In this document: positions 31,639 through 40,099 of the stretch, one piece after another
Numbering within the stretch: the stretch's first letter is position 1
Layout: the number at the start of each line of letters is the position of its first letter
From: Parcubacteria group bacterium
Lineage (GTDB): Bacteria; Patescibacteriota; Minisyncoccia; JACQLN01
Assembly: GCA_016204035.1 (NCBI GenBank)
Contig: JACQLN010000007.1
Coordinates: 1 to 44,244, forward strand
Direction of reading: 5' to 3'
DNA length: 44,244 nucleotides
The notes under the pieces: generated by a model
Told to the model about the DNA's origin: nothing
Databases searched by the model: none
The model's input: the letters and a program-made list of their open reading frames with translations, nothing else
Translations under genes and position numbers: made by a program

Positions 31639-32884
31639 ATATATTTTTGAACCATTCTACTATATTATCCAACTTGACCATCTCCACCTTCTCACTCTCA
31701 CGTCTTTTGACCTCCACGCTTTCTTTTTCCAAGGTTTTATCGCTGATAATAATTCTATAAGGCGCGCCGATCAAATCGGCATCCGACAATTTTACTCCCG
31801 GCGATTCGTCGCGGTCATCCCATAAAACCTCAGCTGATTCCGCGGCTATTTGCTGGTATATTTTTTCCGCTTTAGGAGCGGCCCCGCCCAACGAAACCAG
31901 ATGAATTTTGAAGGGTGCCGCGGCCGCGGGCCAAACCAAACCGAAATCATCGTTAAACATTTCGGCTAAAACCCCAACCAAACGACTCATACCAATGCCG
32001 TAACTGCCCAAATAAGCCGGTTTTAACTGGCCGTCGGCATTCTTAAAGTTAACTCCCATTTTTTCCGAATAAACCGTGCCAAACCGGAAGATGTTTCCAA
32101 TTTCAATGGAACTGGCTGTTTCAACTTCGCCGCCGCACTCGGGGCATTGGGCACCGATTTTGTGGATGTGTATTTCTTTATTGTGGGCCCAGTCGCATTT
32201 GGCGCAGTGGTAAATTGTGTCCTCGCCCACCGGATGAATAACCTGAAACTCGTGGGTATGCCCCGAAGTGAACACCCCGCCCGAGGCCTCTACCGTTTTA
32301 ACATTTTCTAAACCCAGACGCTTAAAAATTTTTAAGTAAGCGCCCGCGACCTGCCAATAAAAATTATCCAGATCTTCTTCGGCGCTATGCAAACTATAAA
32401 GATCTTTCATTATAAACTCGCGGCCGCGCAACAAACCCGACTTGGCCCGGGGTTCGTTTCTAAATTTAGTGGAAAAATGATACAGCTTGACCGGCAGGTT
32501 TTTATAACTTAAAGAATGCTTACGGACCACATCTAAAAAAATTTCCTCGTGCGTAAATGAAAGCCCGTACTCTCGATCATCAACCGATTTGAACTGGTAC
32601 ATTATTTCTTTAACGCCTTTATCGCCCCAGCGGCCGGTTTCGTTCCAAACGTCTTTAGGATGCAATAAAGGCATCAACACCTCGCCGCCGCCGATGGCAT
32701 TCATTTCCTGGCGCACGATTTCTTCTATTTTTTGATAAACCCGCCAGCCCAAAGGCAAAAAAGTGTACGACCCGGCCATCAATTTGTCTATAAACCCGCC
32801 CCGCAACAGCAGTTTGGCGTTAATAGAAGTTTCGTCCTTGGGATTAGAACGCAGCGTGTTGATAAAAGATTGAGAATAAAGCAT
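31637..32884 (-). CDS. proS: Prolyl-tRNA synthetase, short form without the INS editing domain
   Basis: MLYSQSFINTLRSNPKDE... has a bacterial-type N-terminus and class II motifs, with CAKC...CPEC in place of the insertion domain. The start was moved to an ATG 5 codons inside the track ORF. Confidence 0.85.
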   Translation of the reverse strand: MLYSQSFINTLRSNPKDETSINAKLLLRGGFIDKLMAGSYTFLPLGWRVYQKIEEIVRQEMNAIGGGEVLMPLLHPKDVWNETGRWGDKGVKEIMYQFKSVDDREYGLSFTHEEIFLDVVRKHSLSYKNLPVKLYHFSTKFRNEPRAKSGLLRGREFIMKDLYSLHSAEEDLDNFYWQVAGAYLKIFKRLGLENVKTVEASGGVFTSGHTHEFQVIHPVGEDTIYHCAKCDWAHNKEIHIHKIGAQCPECGGEVETASSIEIGNIFRFGTVYSEKMGVNFKNADGQLKPAYLGSYGIGMSRLVGVLAEMFNDDFGLVWPAAAAPFKIHLVSLGGAAPKAEKIYQQIAAESAEVLWDDRDESPGVKLSDADLIGAPYRIIISDKTLEKESVEVKRRESEKVEMVKLDNIVEWFKNI

Positions 32885-32892
32885 GAACACCA

Positions 32893-32972
32893 GCGACACT
32901 AATTACAAATGACACGCTAATTTACGAATAAGCCATTCGCGTCATTCGGGTGTATTCGTATATTGGTGTCGC
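32893..32972. repeat. Intergenic element type 3, short copy
   Basis: GCGACACTAATTA...ATTCGTATATTGGTGTCGC. Confidence 0.85.
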
Positions 32973-33109
32973 TTTTAGTATAAAGATTTTAACACCACTG
33001 TTAACCGCTGGCAATTATTTTAACCCCGTTTAGCATAATTGACGAATAATTATTAAAATGTTACTGTTAACTTTCACTTGTTCCTTAACTCAACAATGGG
33101 AGACGCGTT

Positions 33110-33367
33110 GTGGCTAGAAGTGAAGGAAAACCTAAACAGCAGGTTGTGGATGCCACAGCTTTCGCCGCATGTGTCCTAATGGAAAAACTGGACAAGCTTC
33201 TGTCCGCAAAATTGGCGGGTTGGGGTTGTCACAGCCGTGGCTTCCACTTCGTGGTATTGTTTGTCTGCGAGATGTCTGTGGATGGTTCTTTTTTAATCAG
33301 ACCAAAAAATATCAACACGCCGGCTGCTAATTTTATGCGAGACCTTTTAGCTAAACAGCGCTCCTGA
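33110..33367 (+). CDS. Hypothetical protein (GTG start)
   Basis: 85 aa. GGGAG lies 7 nt upstream and a very strong terminator follows. It is on the opposite strand to all its neighbours. Confidence 0.45.
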   Translation: MARSEGKPKQQVVDATAFAACVLMEKLDKLLSAKLAGWGCHSRGFHFVVLFVCEMSVDGSFLIRPKNINTPAANFMRDLLAKQRS

Positions 33368-33373
33368 CTGAAT

Positions 33374-33409
33374 CCCCCAAGATGGCGATCGCCATCTTGG
33401 GGGATTTTA
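33374..33409 (+). terminator. Rho-independent terminator (30-bp perfect palindrome)
   Basis: CCCCCAAGATGGCGATCGCCATCTTGGGGG followed by ATTTTA. Confidence 0.8.
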
Positions 33410-33470
33410 TTACTTTATAGAGATAAATAAACTCTTGAGCTGATTCGACGGCCGAGCGGAACCAAAAAAA

Positions 33471-33594
33471 TTAAAACATCATTCCGAGCGACTTCAAGGA
33501 GGTTCCAGTTAAATTATAAAGAGGGAGGATGGAAGAGGACTAACCTTACTCAAGTAAGGTTAGTCCCTTGCAGGAGCGAGGGGTGATGTTTTAA
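33471..33594. repeat. Structured intergenic element, type 1, copy D, with a nested 28-nt hairpin insertion
   Basis: It has the same closing stem as copy B. The extra hairpin GACTAACCTTAC-TCAA-GTAAGGTTAGTC (33538-33565) replaces part of the 3' strand of the inner stem. Confidence 0.9.
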
Positions 33595-33617
33595 TTTTTA
33601 TACCCAATATACCTGCC

Positions 33618-34715
33618 TTAAAAAAATCTGGCGATGTCTTGCCAGGTCACAAAAACCATCAGCGCGATTAACAAGGCGAAACCGGCCGCGTTAACGGCGT
33701 TTTCAATTTTATGGCTCACCGGCGAACCCTTTATTTTTTCCACCGCCAAAAACAGCAAACGCCCGCCGTCCAAAGCCGGAAAAGGCAGAATGTTTAGTAT
33801 GGCTAAATTCACCGAAAGTATGGCCATCAAATTAAATAAATAAGTTAAGCCCATGGTGTAGGCCTGGCCGGTTAAAGCGGCAATGCCCACCGGCCCAGCC
33901 ACTTCGCCCATCAACCGGCCTTCTAAAAATAAAGTCTTAAAAAACAAAAACAAAGCCGCGGTTATGACGCCGATCATGGCCAGTGTGTCTTTAAGCCCGT
34001 TCCATAAAAACAAATACCAGGGCGACTTAACGACACCGGTTCGGGCCAAAGCCACACCCAGCGCGCCTTCTTCGGCCGGAGGATTTTCTCTGGGAACAAT
34101 TTTAACGGACAACGCTTCGCCGCCTCTTTTTATATTAAGCAAAACTTCCTCGCCCGCCGCGTTTTCCACAAAACTTTTGAATTCCGAAATATCTTGGAAT
34201 TCTTTGATGGACCCGCCCACGGTGGCGCCGGCCATAACATCGCCGGTTTTTAGACCGGCTTTTTCGGCCGGCGATTCTGGGGCAATATCTAAAACCTGTA
34301 TTTTAACGTCGCGCGCCAAATGGGCGTTGGTTTCATCAACAATAGTCGGCCGACCTATCAAATTAACAATGCTCAAAAGCGCGAAAGCTAAAATAATATT
34401 CATAGTCACGCCGGCCACCAAGATTTTGGCCCGTTGGAATATTTTCAAAGAACCAAAACTGCCCGGCTCGGCGCGGTGTTCGCCCGATTCGCCGAAAATT
34501 TTAACAAACCCGCCGAAAGGAATCAGGTTAAATGAAAAAACGGTGCCGTGGCTGGTTATAGAAAAAACCTTGGGCGGAAACCCGAAGCCAAACTCCTCCA
34601 CCTTGGCTCCGGCCCTTTTAGCGGTGACATAATGGCCGTATTCGTGAACCAGAACCAGAACCGACAGCACGATTAAAAAAATCAGGATGGTCATAAACAA
34701 AAACAAGCATAACAC
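33618..34715 (-). CDS. rseP: Site-2 (RIP) zinc metalloprotease RseP
   Basis: The HEYGHY motif, a PDZ domain and a C-terminal NxxPxxxLDG motif (ILPFPALDGG) are present. The start is uncertain: GTG at 34715 or ATG at 34694. Confidence 0.85.
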   Translation of the reverse strand: MLCLFLFMTILIFLIVLSVLVLVHEYGHYVTAKRAGAKVEEFGFGFPPKVFSITSHGTVFSFNLIPFGGFVKIFGESGEHRAEPGSFGSLKIFQRAKILVAGVTMNIILAFALLSIVNLIGRPTIVDETNAHLARDVKIQVLDIAPESPAEKAGLKTGDVMAGATVGGSIKEFQDISEFKSFVENAAGEEVLLNIKRGGEALSVKIVPRENPPAEEGALGVALARTGVVKSPWYLFLWNGLKDTLAMIGVITAALFLFFKTLFLEGRLMGEVAGPVGIAALTGQAYTMGLTYLFNLMAILSVNLAILNILPFPALDGGRLLFLAVEKIKGSPVSHKIENAVNAAGFALLIALMVFVTWQDIARFF

Positions 34716-34718
34716 AAA

Positions 34719-34748
34719 CCCCGCCCTGAGCGTAATCGAAGGGCGGGG
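34719..34748. repeat. CCCCGCCC...GGGCGGGG hairpin, left flank of the 0.8-kb cassette
   Basis: CCCCGCCC-14 nt-GGGCGGGG. Its partner is at 35568-35598. Confidence 0.8.
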
Positions 34749-34750
34749 TA

Positions 34751-34785
34751 AATATAAAAATCCCCCGCGTTTGACGCGGGGGGGG
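34751..34785 (-). terminator. Rho-independent terminator
   Basis: - strand: CCCCCGCG-UCAAA-CGCGGGGG followed by AUUUUUAUAUUU. Confidence 0.8.
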
Positions 34786-34799
34786 TTAAGAGCAAAGGA

Positions 34800-35456
34800 C
34801 TAACTCGCAAGCACAGCCGAAGAATCGTGGACGTACCAGCCGCTAGCAAGCCAGCTGCAGCGCCAGTGCCACCCGCCAGCGCGCCAGCAGAGGCAAAGAA
34901 CGCGGCGGCTGCCGAACGGACTGCGAAGTGTGGTGCCGGGGAAAAAGACGTGGGTGGTGTTGCCGTTCGTCTTCTTCCAGTGTTCTGGAATAAGATGCTT
35001 GTTTTCCCAGAGAGTCTGGAAGACTTGGGCGTCCAGTAGGATGTATTTGAAACGCTTCAGGTTCTCTTCACCTTGGATGATGTTATCACCATCACCATCC
35101 TTGAGTAAGGTAACCAGTTGGACTTGGGAAAGATCCACCTCGGTGAGGACCAGAGAACGCTTGTCCTGTTCCTCCTGGCCGGAGAGGCCATCGCCATCGG
35201 CCGGGCCCTTCCAGATGCTCCAGCCCTCGCCCAGAAACTGGACGGGGTTGAAGGGGGTGGTGCGGTCGAGGGAAATCACGGAATTCAAATATCTGATCTC
35301 GGCCAGGCCGAGCAGATACTCGCGAATGTGGGCCAACCGGTCCTCTTTACACATATGCTTTACCAAAGCCGAGTTCCAGCCCCCGGCCCGGTCCATCGCC
35401 ATTTCCAGATCGTGCACCAATCCGGCGCTGGAAAACGTGAACCTGTCATTAGCCAT
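34800..35456 (-). CDS. Hypothetical protein with a Trp/Cys/Arg-rich C-terminus
   Basis: 218 aa with the SD AGAGGAGAA. GC content is clearly above the flanking genes. I recognise no family. Confidence 0.6.
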   Translation of the reverse strand: MANDRFTFSSAGLVHDLEMAMDRAGGWNSALVKHMCKEDRLAHIREYLLGLAEIRYLNSVISLDRTTPFNPVQFLGEGWSIWKGPADGDGLSGQEEQDKRSLVLTEVDLSQVQLVTLLKDGDGDNIIQGEENLKRFKYILLDAQVFQTLWENKHLIPEHWKKTNGNTTHVFFPGTTLRSPFGSRRVLCLCWRAGGWHWRCSWLASGWYVHDSSAVLAS

Positions 35457-35539
35457 GACTCGTTCTCCTCTTGCGGTTTGCGACGCGTTCCCTTAGGAAA
35501 CCTGTCGCGATTTATGAAAAAGAACTACTCTATTTATAG

Positions 35540-35567
35540 AGTATAGAGAATATACTAAATATGTCAA
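35540..35567 (-). promoter_or_regulatory. Near-consensus sigma70 promoter of the cassette gene
   Basis: - strand: TTGACA (rc of 35562-35567), 16-nt spacer, TATACT (rc of 35540-35545). Confidence 0.6.
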
Positions 35568-35598
35568 CCCCGCCCTTAAGGTAACCTCAAGGGCGGGG
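35568..35598. repeat. CCCCGCCC...GGGCGGGG hairpin, right flank of the 0.8-kb cassette
   Basis: CCCCGCCC-15 nt-GGGCGGGG. Confidence 0.8.
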
Positions 35599-35622
35599 TT
35601 TTGAGTTTTTTAACCTTAAAAA

Positions 35623-36153
35623 CTAACCCAATAACTCTTTCTCTTTCTTTTCTTTTAATCCTTCCAAAACCTGCCCGTTTTCTTTCATCGCTTTTTCTAT
35701 TTCTTCTTTTTTTCTAAATTTGATGTCTTCGGATTTTTCCTGCTGGATGCTTTTAACGGCCTCGTCGCGAAGGCGCCTAGCCCTGATTTTGGCTTCCTCG
35801 GTTTTTTGGCTTACTATTTTAACCATTTCCAACCGGCGTTCCTGGGTCAAAGGCGGCAAACTTATTCTTATTTTACTGCCGTCCACAATCGGCTGCGCCC
35901 CCAAACCGCCCTGCGACAAGGCTTTGAAAATCGGATCCACGGCGTTCTTGTCCCACGGCTCCACCACCACCGTCCGGGCATCGGCCGAACTGATGCTGGC
36001 CAAGCCCTTAAGCTGGGTTTTGGCGCTGTAGTAATCAACTAAAATATCTTCCACCAAGGCCGGACTGGCTCGGCTGCTTCGTATTTTAGAAAGTTCCACC
36101 GTCAAAAAACCGGTTGTTTCTTTTAATTTATTTTTGAAATCAACTATTTCCAT
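35623..36153 (-). CDS. frr: Ribosome recycling factor
   Basis: 176 aa: RASPALVEDILVDYY, ISLPPLTQERR. Confidence 0.95.
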   Translation of the reverse strand: MEIVDFKNKLKETTGFLTVELSKIRSSRASPALVEDILVDYYSAKTQLKGLASISSADARTVVVEPWDKNAVDPIFKALSQGGLGAQPIVDGSKIRISLPPLTQERRLEMVKIVSQKTEEAKIRARRLRDEAVKSIQQEKSEDIKFRKKEEIEKAMKENGQVLEGLKEKKEKELLG

Positions 36154-36383
36154 TATTTAACCTTGCCACCCATGGATCGTATGACGACTTTCATACGATT
36201 GATATCTTCCTTCATCATAGTAAATTCCTGGTCCAATTTTTCATGCAAAACCATGAATCGGTCTATGCTGTTATGCAAGGAATTGATATCTCGCCGACTC
36301 GCCAAATCAGCTTTCATTTCAACCAAATCTTCTTTGGTAGCAAAAACGGATACAAGTTTTATTATGTCTCTTTCGTTTAACAT
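36153..36383 (-). CDS. Hypothetical small coiled-coil protein
   Basis: 76 aa. TAATG overlap with the frr start codon suggests translational coupling. Confidence 0.55.
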   Translation of the reverse strand: MLNERDIIKLVSVFATKEDLVEMKADLASRRDINSLHNSIDRFMVLHEKLDQEFTMMKEDINRMKVVIRSMGGKVK

Positions 36384-36421
36384 ATTTACGATCTTAGACC
36401 GCTAAACAATAAAAATCAAAT

Positions 36422-37507
36422 TTACTTGCCGGCGCCGGCAATTATCCGGCTGTTGTTTTGGGGATCCACCCATAAAACATTCAATTGCTTGCTGGTGCCT
36501 AGTTTGCGCACCTGCCAAAACTTGCCGCCATCTTTGGTACTGTAAATTAAATTGGCCAGGGCTACATACATTTCGGATGATCCCCGGCCGCCGAAAGCCG
36601 CGTCTAAAACCGGCAGGGCTTCGTTGGGGAAAATAATATCCACCGGTTCCCAGTTTACGCCAAAATTTCCCGACCTTAACAAACCGAATCTGGTTCCCAA
36701 ATAAAGCTGGCCATCCGCCGGATTCCTGGCCACACCGGCTATATTTTTAGAACCCGGAAATTCGTTTAAGGTTTCACTCTCATCCACCCAACTCGCGCCG
36801 CCATCGCTGGAGGTGAATATACCTTTCATAAAAGTAGCCACAAACAACTGGCTAGTGTTTAAGGGATTTATGAAAAATGAATTGATGGCCGAGCCGAACT
36901 CTTGAACCAATTTCCAGGTTTCGCCGTAATCCTGGCTTTTAAGCAATAATCCTTCGCCGGTGGTAGCCCAAACCACATTAGCGCGGTTTGGGTCTATCTT
37001 AACGTCAAAAACCGGCAACCTTGGTTTAGCCGCAATGTAAACTTCCTTAAACGACAAACCGCCGTCTTCCGTTTTTAGAACCCGGCCAAAATTATTCTGG
37101 TACACGCCTAAATAAAATCTATCGGGAATTTTTTTCTTGTAATCGGGTAGATTAGGATCCACGGCCAGCCCGTAAACATCGGCCCGCGCCGCTAAAATTT
37201 TATGGGCGTCTGTCAATTTGTGCCAGCTTTCGCCGCCGTTTACGCTTTTATAAATACCGCTGCCTAAAGTGGTGGCGTATAAAATTCGGGAATCTTTGGG
37301 ATTATGGCTTAAGCCGGTTATATTAAGCCGGCTGATGTTTCCACCCGTGTCTAAAACGCCGAATTTTTGCCAGGTTGATCCTTTATCAACGCTTACAAAA
37401 AAACCCGCTTGGGGCGTTAATAAGTTTCCAAAATAAAAATTGACGGCAAAACCCGCAATGGAAATCACCACCGCTAAAAAAATGATAAACTTTAAGGCAT
37501 TAGCCAT
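36422..37507 (-). CDS. BNR/Asp-box repeat beta-propeller protein with an N-terminal TM anchor
   Basis: 361 aa with six SxDxGxTW-like boxes (SVDKGSTW, SVNGGESW, TEDGGLSF, SQDYGETW, SSDGGASW, TKDGGKFW). Confidence 0.7.
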   Translation of the reverse strand: MANALKFIIFLAVVISIAGFAVNFYFGNLLTPQAGFFVSVDKGSTWQKFGVLDTGGNISRLNITGLSHNPKDSRILYATTLGSGIYKSVNGGESWHKLTDAHKILAARADVYGLAVDPNLPDYKKKIPDRFYLGVYQNNFGRVLKTEDGGLSFKEVYIAAKPRLPVFDVKIDPNRANVVWATTGEGLLLKSQDYGETWKLVQEFGSAINSFFINPLNTSQLFVATFMKGIFTSSDGGASWVDESETLNEFPGSKNIAGVARNPADGQLYLGTRFGLLRSGNFGVNWEPVDIIFPNEALPVLDAAFGGRGSSEMYVALANLIYSTKDGGKFWQVRKLGTSKQLNVLWVDPQNNSRIIAGAGK

Positions 37508-37516
37508 TAGTATTCG

Positions 37517-38251
37517 CTAAAATTTCAAAAACATGCTCTCTAACGCCAAACGCGCGTTGGCGTTGGTGGATGATAAAACATTTCTGGTGGTAGCCGCCGC
37601 TTCTAACTTGTCCAAACCAAGTTTGCCAGCCAACACATCTGTTCTTAAAGCCAACAGCCAATGATCCATAATTTCCGCCAAATTTTCTTTTTTGGCTAAG
37701 TCGTTGGCCAAGCTGAATCTCTCCGCCGCCGATAAACTTTCAAGCTTAACCAGCTTACTAAGAATTATACCATCTTTTACCTCCGGTAAAACAAAGCCGG
37801 GGCTTGGAAACGGCAAACTAACCACTCGGGAAATTATGGTTGCGGGTATGTTTTTAACAGAAGAACAGATGATAAAAATAATAGTGTTGGAAACCGGTTC
37901 TTCCAAAGTTTTCAACAAGGCGTTCCAGGCCTCCTCGTTAAGATGTTGGGCCTCTTCTATAAACACTCCTTTTTTAATTAAACTTAAGGGCGTGCGCGCA
38001 ACAAAGTTGCGCGCGTCGCGGACTTGGGCGATGGTTATGTCTTTTTTATCCGGCAGGCGGCGAATAAAAAAAGTATCAGGGTGAACCCCAGCTTTAATTT
38101 TTACTTCAAATTCCTGGTTATTAAGTTGTGATAAAAAAGATTTAGCCAGTTCTTTTTGGTAAGCCATATCGCGGCCATAAAACAAAAAAGCGTGGGGCAC
38201 TTTATTATTTCTCAAAATCAAATCAAGATATTTAAGTTGTCGAGAGTACAT
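37517..38251 (-). CDS. holB: DNA polymerase III delta' subunit
   Basis: 244 aa, clamp-loader-like: PHAFLFYG, LLKTLEEP, and the SRC-like motif IISRVVSL. Confidence 0.7.
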   Translation of the reverse strand: MYSRQLKYLDLILRNNKVPHAFLFYGRDMAYQKELAKSFLSQLNNQEFEVKIKAGVHPDTFFIRRLPDKKDITIAQVRDARNFVARTPLSLIKKGVFIEEAQHLNEEAWNALLKTLEEPVSNTIIFIICSSVKNIPATIISRVVSLPFPSPGFVLPEVKDGIILSKLVKLESLSAAERFSLANDLAKKENLAEIMDHWLLALRTDVLAGKLGLDKLEAAATTRNVLSSTNANARLALESMFLKF

Positions 38252-38257
38252 ATTATA

Positions 38258-38354
38258 GAAACATCGGTCTGAGCGACTTCAAGGAGGTTCAACTTAACCT
38301 ATAAAGAGGGAGGATGGAAGAGCCCCTCCTTGCAGGAGCGAAGACTGATGTTTC
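38258..38354. repeat. Structured intergenic element, type 1, copy E
   Basis: Closing stem GAAACATCGGTCT/AGACTGATGTTTC (one G.T pair). The apical part differs slightly. Lies 5 nt 3' of the stop codon of mreB paralog 2. Confidence 0.9.
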
Positions 38355-38359
38355 GGTAA

Positions 38360-39364
38360 TTACCTTTTAGCAAACAACGCCCGCTTATATAATTCCAAAT
38401 TTTCCAAAGCCACTCCCGTGCCTTTGGCCACGCAAAAAAGCGGCTCATCGGCCACATAACAAGGCACGCCGGTTTCTTGAATTATTAAACTATCTAGGTT
38501 CCTTAATAAGGCCGTTCCCCCCGAAAGAATCATACCTTTATCCATAACGTCGGCGGCCAGTTCCGGCGGCGTTTCTTGCAACACTTTTTTAACGGTTTTA
38601 ACCACTTCACCCAGAGTGTCTTTTATGGCTTTAGGAATTTCGTTGGCATGGAGTTCTATGGTTTTAGGCAAGCCGGCCACCAGATCGCGTCCTCTTATTT
38701 CTAAAATTTCTTCTTCTTTTTGGAGAATGGCCGAGCCTAGAGTGATTTTTATTTGTTCGGCGGTGCGCTCCCCCACGGCTAAATTATGAACCTTATGGAT
38801 GTAATTTTGAATAGCCGCGTCTAGGGCGTTGCCGCCCACCTTGGCCGAAGCCCAAGCCACAATCCCGCCCAGCGATATCACCGCCACCTCGGTGGTGCCG
38901 CCGCCGATGTCTATAATCATATGCCCCGAGGGCTCGTTGATGGGAATGCCCGCGCCCAGAGCCGCCAGGATCGGCTCTTTGACCACATAAGCCGCTTTGG
39001 CTCCGGCTTTGAGCGTGGCTTCCACCACCGCCCTGCGCTCGGTGGAGGTTATGCCGGCTGGCACGGCCACCATCACTTCGGGCCTAAAAAAGCTGAACCG
39101 GCCGGTTATTTTTTTAATAAAATACCGGATCATGGCTTCGGTTATGCGGTAGTCGGCAATAACGCCATCCCTAACCGGCCGCACGGCCATAATGCTTTCA
39201 GGCGTGCGCCCGATCATTTCCTTGGCCGCCGCGCCCACCGCCATAATTTTATTATCATCCAAACTTACCGCCACCACCGAGGGTTCGTTGATGATAATGC
39301 CTTTAGGCGGCACATATACCAACGTATTGGCCGTGCCTAAATCTATGCCTATTTTGATTGCCAT
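38360..39364 (-). CDS. MreB/Mbl actin-like protein (paralog 2)
   Basis: 334 aa: IGIDLGTANTLVYV, IIDIGGGTTEVAVISL. Confidence 0.9.
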   Translation of the reverse strand: MAIKIGIDLGTANTLVYVPPKGIIINEPSVVAVSLDDNKIMAVGAAAKEMIGRTPESIMAVRPVRDGVIADYRITEAMIRYFIKKITGRFSFFRPEVMVAVPAGITSTERRAVVEATLKAGAKAAYVVKEPILAALGAGIPINEPSGHMIIDIGGGTTEVAVISLGGIVAWASAKVGGNALDAAIQNYIHKVHNLAVGERTAEQIKITLGSAILQKEEEILEIRGRDLVAGLPKTIELHANEIPKAIKDTLGEVVKTVKKVLQETPPELAADVMDKGMILSGGTALLRNLDSLIIQETGVPCYVADEPLFCVAKGTGVALENLELYKRALFAKR

Positions 39365-39452
39365 ACGGGATCATACTAGCACTGGAAATGTTTTTTTCAA
39401 ATATTCTTAAACCATATTCTTAAACCATCTAAAAAATCATTTCTGCCAATTC

Positions 39453-39500
39453 TTTATTCCCATACATCTCATACGATCGTAGAAAATATGTTAGAATAAA
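39453..39500. promoter_or_regulatory. 48-bp palindrome centred on TACGATCGTA, upstream flank (putative operator) of wHTH-Cas2-like paralog 2
   Basis: Core at 39472-39481, 25 bp upstream of the ATG. Outer arms are TTTATTC and GAATAAA. Confidence 0.8.
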
Positions 39501-39505
39501 ATAAT

Positions 39506-40033
39506 ATGAAAGTTAAGAAAGGTTTGGTTACAAAATTCATTCTTGAGAAACTAGCCGAGGTAAATGAGTTGGCTCTGGAAGCCATGTTCCCCAGAAACAG
39601 GGCCGAGGGCCGGCTCTGGAGAACAATTTTTGGCCTACCAGCATATTATGAATTTTCTAAAGATAATTTCTCAGCGACATTGAGCCGGCTAAAGAGCCAA
39701 GGTTTAGTGGATAAATTAGGTGGTAAAAAATATGCCAAGTGGCGTTTAACACTCAAAGGTAAAAATAAACTTGGTTCTCTTAAAATGGACTTAATTAAAC
39801 CCGATGGAATTCCACGGTTGGTGATGTACGATGTTCCCGAAAAAGAAAGAAGAAAAAGGGATTTATTAAGATTAGAACTGGTAGCTTGTAACTATCAACA
39901 ACTTCAAAGAAGTGTCTGGCTGGGTTATTCTCCCTTGCCAGAAAAGTTCATACAGAGTTTAAGAGATCTTGGTCTTAAAAATAAGGTTCATATTGTAAGT
40001 ATTAATAAAACCGGAACTTTATCGGAGTTTTAA
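39506..40033 (+). CDS. Winged-helix plus Cas2-like domain protein; paralog 2
   Basis: 175 aa. IPRLVMYDVPEKERRKRDLLRLELVACNYQQLQRSVWLG is colinear with the 2126-2659 product. Confidence 0.7.
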   Translation: MKVKKGLVTKFILEKLAEVNELALEAMFPRNRAEGRLWRTIFGLPAYYEFSKDNFSATLSRLKSQGLVDKLGGKKYAKWRLTLKGKNKLGSLKMDLIKPDGIPRLVMYDVPEKERRKRDLLRLELVACNYQQLQRSVWLGYSPLPEKFIQSLRDLGLKNKVHIVSINKTGTLSEF

Positions 40034-40043
40034 GTATATTCTA

Positions 40044-40099
40044 AAATCTTATTCTTATATATTCATTACGATCGTATGATATGTATATGAATAAGATTT
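40044..40099. promoter_or_regulatory. 56-bp palindrome centred on TACGATCGTA, downstream flank of paralog 2
   Basis: Core at 40067-40076. Perfect outer arms are AAATCTTATTC and GAATAAGATTT. Confidence 0.85.

Noticed and set aside
33883-34632. 249-aa + strand ORF
   Set aside because: It is antisense to the well-supported rseP gene, is Ser/Pro/Thr-rich, and has no start signals.
34930-35546. + strand ORFs 34930-35496 and 35118-35546
   Set aside because: They are antisense frames of the GC-rich cassette gene. The promoter, SD and terminator all support the - strand ORF.
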